NCBI GenBank assembly: GCA_951406725.2
Contig: OX597815.1
Location: forward strand, 70,494,001-70,558,000
Reading direction: 5' to 3'
Source: Octopus vulgaris
Taxonomy: Eukaryota
Length of the DNA stretch: 64,000 nucleotides
Shown here one piece after another: positions 55,387 through 64,000 of this stretch. Numbering within the stretch: position 1 is the first letter of the stretch; every line of letters begins with the position of its first letter. The translations under genes were made by a program, and so were the position numbers. Under the pieces are notes generated by a model. That model worked only from the letters and a program-made list of their open reading frames with translations, was not told the origin of the DNA and made no database searches.

Positions 55387-57135
55387 CACAGGCGTGGCTG
55401 TGTGGTAAGAAGCTTGCATCCCAATCACATGGTTCCGAGTCCTGTCTCACTGCGTAGTACCTTAGGCAAGTGTATTCTACTATAGTCTCAGGTCAACCAA
55501 AGACTTGTGAGTGGAAACTGAAAAAATCCCGTCGTATATATGTAAAAGGATATATCCAGAGCTGGGCGTAAATCTGTGAATCCGTTAATCGTTAATTAAC
55601 TAAGTTAATATTTTCGTTAACGATTTAACTTTTAAGTTAACTTTGAAAATTATTATCAGACTAATTAACTTCCATTACATTTAGCTTCCGTTAACTCAAG
55701 TCCGTTAACCCCAAAGATTTAATAAAATCCGATAAATGTTTAAAAGTTTCTGTTGTGCTTAGTATATTAATACTGTACACGTCATCCTTTTAACCCCGAT
55801 ATAACGCCACTTATTATAAATAGCTTGTAGGACCTCGTTTGGCCCTGCCTGGATTTGAAACCAAATCCACCTGCTTGTTGCTTGCATAGACAGCAGGAAA
55901 TTTCTTTGTCTTGTCAAGAGGGAACAATGATTTATGTATTTCTACTCGATCCGTGACCTCGCTGAGGTGGATGTCAACATAGAAAATATTGACTTCCATG
56001 AAGTGGAAAGAATAAATGGAAGGGTAAAAAGCTGGTAAATATTTCGGTGTGAACGCAAATATTTCGGTGCGAGCGCAAATAACTGTTACGTGGTAGCAGG
56101 GCATGCTAGAAATAGCAGCCAAATCTTTCCTTTTCTGGAAAAAGTTTACGCGAGATTTCGAGGTCACATTCGTTGAAAGCATGCAAAATAACCTGAGAAA
56201 GAAAAAACTCCCTTGGTGGGAAACTTCGAGGTTCCCACCACCCCACCCACCTTTCTTTTCCGGAAAAAAGTGGCTTGCGGCAAGTTTGGAGGTCAAATAC
56301 GTTGTATGCACCCGAGAAAAACTGTGGAAAAAAATTATTTCACACTGAGATACGAAATATTTACCGAAAGAATAAAATCTTGTACCGATTATACCTATAT
56401 TTTAATTAATTCAAATTAATGTTCCTCATTTTGAAAATTGGCAAATTTTTTGTCGGTTACCACTGGGATAATTTTAGTACTAAATCAAACAGGTAAGATG
56501 CATTAAGAATTTCAATTTTAGTGTTTATCCATAATGTTATTGCTTTTACACCTGTTAATTAAATTTACCCGCCCATAAAAGTCAAATTTACTCGGCAAGA
56601 TCAGCTAAAATTACATGACTATAAACCAGTGGTATATAAAGCACTCACCAACAAAATTTCAAATCTGTATGTAAAAAATTCACAAAGTTACAAATAATTT
56701 TCTGAAACTCCTCTCCCCAACACCTCGGAAAACTTTTTGCAACAAATCTTTACATACACTTAATCTACAAAATATAAGCGATTATTTGGTGAAAGTTTCG
56801 TTAAAAAGTATCCATTTTTTTCTGGAAGTTATGAGGCAACAAAGTCGGTCAGGTATTAAACTGTAGTTACGCTTTTTTTTTCCAGTAAAAGTTAACGAAA
56901 TTAACTTTTCGATTAACGGTGCCCACCTCTGGATATATCTAAATGTGTATGTGTGTGTCTGTGTTTGTTCCCGCCACCGCTTGACAACCGATGTTGGCAT
57001 GTTTCCGTCCCTGCAAAAGACACCGTTAGAATATGCACCAAGCTTTAAAACATGTCCTAGGGTCGATTTGTTCGACTAAAACCCTTCACGGCGGTGCCCC
57101 AGCATGGCAGCAGTCAAACGGCTGAAACAAGTAAA
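55387..57135 (+). mobile_element. CORE-like SINE split by the hAT insertion
   Basis: Head at 55387-55545 (GGCGTGGCTGTGTGGTAAGAAGCTTGC); the body resumes after 56940 (CCGCTTGACAACCGATGTTGG). Confidence 0.75.
55557..56931. mobile_element. Non-autonomous hAT-type DNA transposon
   Basis: TIRs CAGAGCTGGGC / GCCCACCTCTG; exact 8-bp TSD GATATATC (55549-55556 and 56932-56939); subterminal GTTAA(C) repeats. Confidence 0.88.
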
Positions 57136-58416
57136 AGATAAAAGATAAGGGGACAAGCTGGCAGACTCGTTAGCACTCAGGACAAAATTAAACTCTGAGT
57201 GGCATTTCGTTCGTCTTTATGCTCTGAGTTCAAATTCTACCGAGGTCGACTTCACTTTTTTCATTCTTTCGAGGTCGATAAAATAAGTACCAGTGGAGCA
57301 CTCTGGTCTATGTAATTGACTTGCAGGCCTTGAACCTTATAACAGACCGAGGTGCCGTTCAGGGGGAATGCTGTGATCGCAGTCATTTTTACGCCATGGA
57401 AATCGATAAACCGGTCTTAAGAATTCTGTCGACTTTGCCTTCCATCCTTTCGGGGTCGATAAATTAAGTACCAGTGAGGCATTGGGGTCGATATACTCGA
57501 CTTAATCCGTTTGTTTGTACCCTCTGTGTTTAGCCCCTTGTGGGTAGTAAAGAAATATATATCTCGACAAAAAATATATTTGAGTATGTGTGTGATTACC
57601 CGTATCAGTTTGATGTATATAGGTGCACACCACACATACACGCATACACACACATACACATAATACGCAGAATTACACAGCAATAATCATACACTCATTT
57701 CAAGCATTAATATACACATACATACACTTATGCGGACGTGCAGAAACACACATATTCCATCCTGATGTCAGAATATGTCACACGCACGCACGCACATACA
57801 CGTTCGAACACATTCACAACACGCGTACTCTTTCCTAGAAAGACACATACATAGATACGTTCAGAACATAAAGACACATTTACAGAGGCAAATGCACATA
57901 CATACAGACGCATACATAGACACACACATTCACAACATACTTATGTACAGAAATTCTCACACATACAAACACGCATTCACAAGATAGACACACAATCCAC
58001 AACATACGCATATATGCTCATATACAAATACGCATTCACGAGATACACATCTACTAAAGCACACACATTTACAGAAATACACACACATACACATTCACAA
58101 AATATACACATACGTTTACAGAACTACACATACATAGACACTGACTCATTTTGCTTTCCTTGTGCCCTTTCGATCGTCTGAGGTCTGTACAAGCTTGTTT
58201 TGTCAAAATGCCTCTCTCATATCTATATTTAAGTCACCCTATTGTCATCTTTACATTGCTACATCACTCTGTCCTCCATAATGCCTTCTATATTTTGTCC
58301 TATGTATCCTCTACTCCTCACCCATTTTATTTTCCTGCCTGCCGAGCAGTTTGCTGCCTTTGTATTTCAGCATGACTGTCCATAATTTTCTTTCTTTCTT
58401 TCTTTCTTTCTTCTTC

Positions 58417-58447
<31 letters not shown>

Positions 58448-58544
58448 TCCTTCTTTCTTTTGGCTTTCAGACAGATTGACAGACAGACAGACTGATAGAC
58501 AGGCAGACACAGAAATAGATATACAGACAGACAGACAGGCAGAA

Positions 58545-59273
<729 letters not shown>

Positions 59274-59442
59274 TGAAAAAAGTCATGAAATATTCTTGTT
59301 TCCAGGAAGCATCCTTTATTTAAATTAACCATCAGCCAAATGAGAGCTTGCATACGGTAAATCATATTGTGTTTCTCATAAAACTGGATTAACTATTCTC
59401 CTTGAGACAATATCTTTTTGCTTTAATATTAGACTTATTTAA

Positions 59443-59810
59443 GGCGGCGAGCTGGCAGAAACGTTAGCCGTTATGTTCTGAGTTCAAATTCCGCCGAGGT
59501 CGACTTTGCCTTTCATCCTTTCGGGGTCGATTAAATAAGTACCGGTTACGCACTGCGGTCGATATAATCGACTTAATTTGTTTGTCTGTCCTTGTTTGTC
59601 CTCTCTGTGTTTAGCCCCTTGTGGGTAGTAAAGAAATAGGTATTTTGTCTGCTGCTACGTTCTGAGTTCAAATTCCGCCGAAGACGACTTTACCTTTCAT
59701 CCTTTCAGGGTCGATAAATTAAGTACCAGTTGCTTAGTGGGTCGATCTAATCGACTGCCCCACCTCCCCAAAAATTTCGGGCCTTATACCTAGAGTAGAA
59801 AAGATTATTA
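59443..59810 (+). mobile_element. Young dimeric tRNA-derived SINE
   Basis: GGCGGCGAGCTGGCAGAA head; the TTCTGAGTTCAAATTCCGCCGA..GACTTT..TTTCATCCTTTC block occurs twice. Confidence 0.85.
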
Positions 59811-59919
59811 AGCTTATTTCACGACTGCGTCGACAAGGGAGTTTCACGATATTCCGTGAGCGCGCGCGTGTGTGTGCGTGTGTGTGCGCGCACACAGAAA
59901 ATTGTATTCTTTCTTACTT

Positions 59920-60300
59920 CAGTCATCGCACTGTAGCCATACTGGGGCACCGTCTGGTAGGGTTTTAGTCGCACAAATCGATTCCAGTTCTGATTTTTTT
60001 AAAGTTTGGTATTTGTTCTACCGTTCTCTTTTGCCGAACCGTTAAGTTATGGGGATGTACACAAACCAACATTAGTTGGTTGAGGGACAAAGACAAATAC
60101 ACACACTTATATATACGTCTGTGCTTGTATATACGGCGGGCTTTTACATAGTTTCTGTCTACCAAATCCATTCATAAGGTACTGGTCAGCCCAGGGCTAC
60201 AGAAGAAAATAGAAAACGCTTGTTCAAAGTACCGTGCAATGGGACTCAACCCGAAACCAGGTGGTTACAAAGCGGGCTATTTAACTATAGAGCTGTGTCT
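59920..60300 (-). mobile_element. CORE-like SINE
   Basis: Reverse complement of the 29577 family. Confidence 0.7.
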
Positions 60301-60375
60301 GCAATATTCCTTCTAAGGTTTTTATGTGTGTCGCCGGTCGAAATGCTTGGTGGTATTTCGTCTGTCGCTACGTTA

Positions 60376-60610
60376 GGCGGCGAGCTGGCAGAACAGTTAG
60401 CACGCCGGGCGAAATGCGTAGCCGTATTTCGTCTGTCGTTACGTTCTGAGTCCAAATTCCGCCGAGGTCGACTTTGTCTTTCATCCTTTCGGGGTCGATA
60501 AATTAAGTACCAGTTACGCACTGGGATCGATATAATCGACTTAATCCGTTTGTCTGTCCTTGTCTGTCCTCTCTGTGTTTAGACCCTTGTTGGTAGTAAA
60601 GAAATAGGTT
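60376..60610 (+). mobile_element. Young tRNA-derived SINE
   Basis: GGCGGCGAGCTGGCAGAACAGTTAGCACGCCGGGCGAAATGCG..GGTCGACTTTGTCTTTCATCCTTTCGGGGTCGATAAATTAAGTACCAG. Confidence 0.85.
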
Positions 60611-62395
60611 TTTATGTGTATATGTGTGCGTGTGTGCGCGCACAGAGAAAGTTTAAATTGTATTGCTTTTCTTTACAAAGTATGTGTGCATCCAGGCGAG
60701 TAACCATCGACCAAATTTCTTCAATTGTAAAAATATAAATTTATTTTTCAAAACTTTGTGCGCATATTTTTCCCTTTCTTAGTTGTAAAACAAACACAGC
60801 TTAGAAGGAACACTGTCTTGGATTGCCGAGGCACATTGTGCCATGAAATACTTCTGTTTGTGTTACACAAGCTCTCTCTCTTCTTCCCCCCTTTCTCTCT
60901 CTCCTCCCTCACTCTCTCAACACTATAATGACACAACTTCGCGTCTTCTTTTCATCTTCGTTGTTTCATGAAACGCCCCAAGACCATATGGAAGAATATA
61001 ACATTTCCCAGGTTCCAGTTAACTATTCAATATATTGGAAAATTGAAACAATTCCTCCATACAGAATATCCGTAATTTCATATTTGAAATCAGAAACTCT
61101 ACAATATCTGCTAAATAGCTGCTGGATATCAGTGTGTCGCAAGGCTCACACTATTTTTTTTTACTCAAAGGCGATGGGTGTTAGAATCGATTGGGTGTCC
61201 GATAAAATGCATTGGGGATATTTCCTCCGACTCTTTACGTTCTGAGTTCAAATCCCGCCGGATCAATTTTTGCCGTTCTTCCCTCTGGGGTCGATAAAAG
61301 AAAGAATCTATCAAGTACTGGTGTTGATGGCATCGACTTACTCACCTTGGTCCTGACTGCTGGCCTTGTGCCTACATCAGGAACAAAAGTAAAATCATTT
61401 TTGGGACTCAAGAACTTTGGAATGGCGGAATCGTTAAAATGTCGGATCAAATGCCTTCCGACATTTATTCTGACTCTAAGTTCTGAGTTCAAATCCTGTC
61501 AAAGTCAGTTGTGACAGGTTTCTTTTGGGATTCGAAGTAATAAAGAACCAGTCAAGCACTGGGGTCGATGTAATCGACTGCTCTTTGTCCCCCTAATGCT
61601 GGCCGTATGCCAATGAAACAACTGCATCGGTAGTATTTCGTTAAGTATTTAAGTGGCCCGACTTCAAATCCTGGCTTTTCATCCTTCCGAGCATCGATAT
61701 ATTAAGAATTATTCAAGTTCATTATACTTTCAGTTTCTCCTGTGCTCTTGAGCAACATTGGGCAATGGTTACCTCCACTGTTTTATGTTGGCTGCGGTTT
61801 TCTCTGCATCCAGTCATACGATATTGGTCTCTTGCATGTCAGTTATGAATGTTCTGCACCATGTAGTTTGAAGTCCCCCCCACTTGCCAGTTCTATGGTT
61901 GACATAATTCTTAGTATCACCATTGTCACTGATAATTACTATCCAAATTGGTGAATTTGTCTCTTGTCTCGATATCTTACTGATTGATATATATCATCGT
62001 GGCTGTTCGAGTACCGGAGTTGATCTAATCGACGGTCTCTTCGTCTTCATGTGCCGTGCTACAGGCATCGACGAAACTGTTCTAGCCAAATGGATAAAAT
62101 GTTCGCTTGGTAATCACGCGTTTCCTGGTTCGATCTTACCACGCGGCATCTTGGGTAAGTGTCTTTACTGAAGCCGCAGATCAACCCAAGTTTTATGTCT
62201 AGGATCTTTTACCTTTTACTTGTTTCATCCTTTGGACTGCGGTCATGCTGGAGCATCGCCTTGGAGGATTTAGTGAAACAAATGGAGCGTCTTAACAACA
62301 ATATCTTTCGACAATTTGTTTCCTCTCCTTTCTTTTCTTGCCATTTATTATTTTCTTTAGATGCATTCAGTGACTATTTATTATTTAATACCAAT

Positions 62396-62612
62396 GGCAG
62401 CAAACTGGTAAAATCGTTAGCACGCTAGATAAAATGCTTAAGCAGCATTTCGTCTGTCTTTACGTTCTGAGTTCGAATTCTGTCGAGGTCGACTTTGCTT
62501 TTCATCCTGTCGGGATCGAAGAAATAGGTACCAGCTGAGCACTGGAGTCGGTGTAATTGACTAGCCACCTCTCCACCCCAAATTCCAGGCTTTGTGCCTA
62601 TAATAGAAAGGA
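62396..62612 (+). mobile_element. tRNA-derived SINE
   Basis: Same family motifs. Confidence 0.8.
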
Positions 62613-64000
62613 TTATTATTATTATGCGTACACACACACACGCACTTGTGTGTGTATGTGGGTGGAAGAAGAAGAAGAAGAAGAATGAATGAATGAATGA
62701 ATGAATTTAGCATTACTTTGATTAAGTGTTAAATTCATTCTTCATTCTCTTTATCGTATATGTTACCCTTCGAAATACCCACTCGCCGGTTTTACAAGCA
62801 GGGTACCTGGAGTTCTTGACACCAGCGGATTTGCAATTTTTCTCAAATTTCAAAGTTCCGGAATGAGAATGTAGACATCCAGAAGTTGCATTAGGGATAC
62901 TCCGAATTTCTACTTTCGGACATTAACAATTCTGCTATTCCACTGACCATAGAAGGCCTTGTAGGGCACTGCCCAAGGATTTATGACGGACGAACTGTAG
63001 ACAAGAACTTCGCTGTGGGCTATCTAAGGAGCTGTCTGCAGCGAAGTTGACTTCCGGTTAAGCGGACTTCTACGAAACAGGAGTTGACTGGCGGCTGTTG
63101 CCCTCATGTGTTTAATTAAATAGATCTTTCACTGACACATTCTGGGTCTCCGGTAATTATTTTGTGCATAGCTTAACTAAAACTATAACTGGTGATCCCA
63201 CAGAAGAACAACAGCTTTTGCTTCGCACATCGAAGTAAACAAGAAATCAAGGAAACATGGCAAGCGACTACACAACAGCACTGAAGCTACCACAATTCTG
63301 GCCGAAGGGGGTTAAGCTATGATTCGTGCAGGCGGAGGCACAATTCAACATACGCAAAATAACTTCAAACCTGTAACGACAGTGTAAATCTTCTCGGGAT
63401 CTTTTGGGGGTGCGAGAAGCAATCACTTTCCGTTGCTTTAATAATCCAGATTCTCTACCAGTCAGAAACAACAAGACGCAAACGTAAATAATATATATCT
63501 ACTTTATTCTCTTATGTGGTAACAGATAATTGGTGTATCTGGCATCCCTTTGGTATAGATATGTCTCAGCTGAACCTTATCGCTGTAAAATAAGAAAGTG
63601 TTCAAATGCAAAACGACACTTGTCAAAGATGGCGTCCGGAGAAAGGAAGATGATGTAGTCTGCAACAATTTGGTTAAAAGCTTTCGGTAAAAGCTGCTGC
63701 TAGAATCAAATTCGGACAGAGAGAATATACGTGTTGTACCTTCGATAGCCATGTCTCAAGTCGCTGCTGACTGCTGCTAGTGGTCAAACGTTCTACGATC
63801 CCCTTGCCTCGGCTAACTGCCACGTAGGCAAAAGGGTTCTTCTTCCGGTGCTTCGCGCATGCGCCGCTGTATAGCGTCACTACAGAGCTCCACCCCAGTG
63901 CGAAGCACGACACAAAATTCCTTGTAGTGACTATAAAACTCAAGGTGGATACCAGATAACCAAATAGCACACAATATAATAAAAATGGCAAAATTTACAA

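Overview
Eukaryotic, AT- and microsatellite-rich DNA with no host gene I can recognise; the SINE, microsatellite and LINE content suggests a cephalopod (Octopus-like) genome, which is an inference. Most ORFs in the track are microsatellite artefacts. The centrepiece is a very young 8.6-kb Penelope-like retroelement (PLE) array at 43573-52197, encoding RT plus a C-terminal GIY-YIG endonuclease with Naiad-type Cys motifs. It consists of one inverted 5'-truncated copy, a second truncated copy and two 2588-bp-period tandem copies, inserted in (AT)n. Each copy has a hammerhead-ribozyme-like fold with a non-canonical CCGAAGA core in its 3' region, and the array is bracketed by a 30-bp INVERTED copy of the target DNA. 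Hammerhead motifs from other PLE-like remnants lie at 18090-18167 (canonical core) and 38685-38719 (35-nt minimal, CCGACGA core), with a partial one near 35155. The window also holds microsatellite-associated LINEs (Tx1-like in (CTAT)n; R4/Dong-like next to trinucleotide and (TACA)n repeats), an RTE fragment, mariner/Tc1 relics, a hAT element with an 8-bp TSD, non-autonomous Helitrons and many tRNA-derived SINEs.
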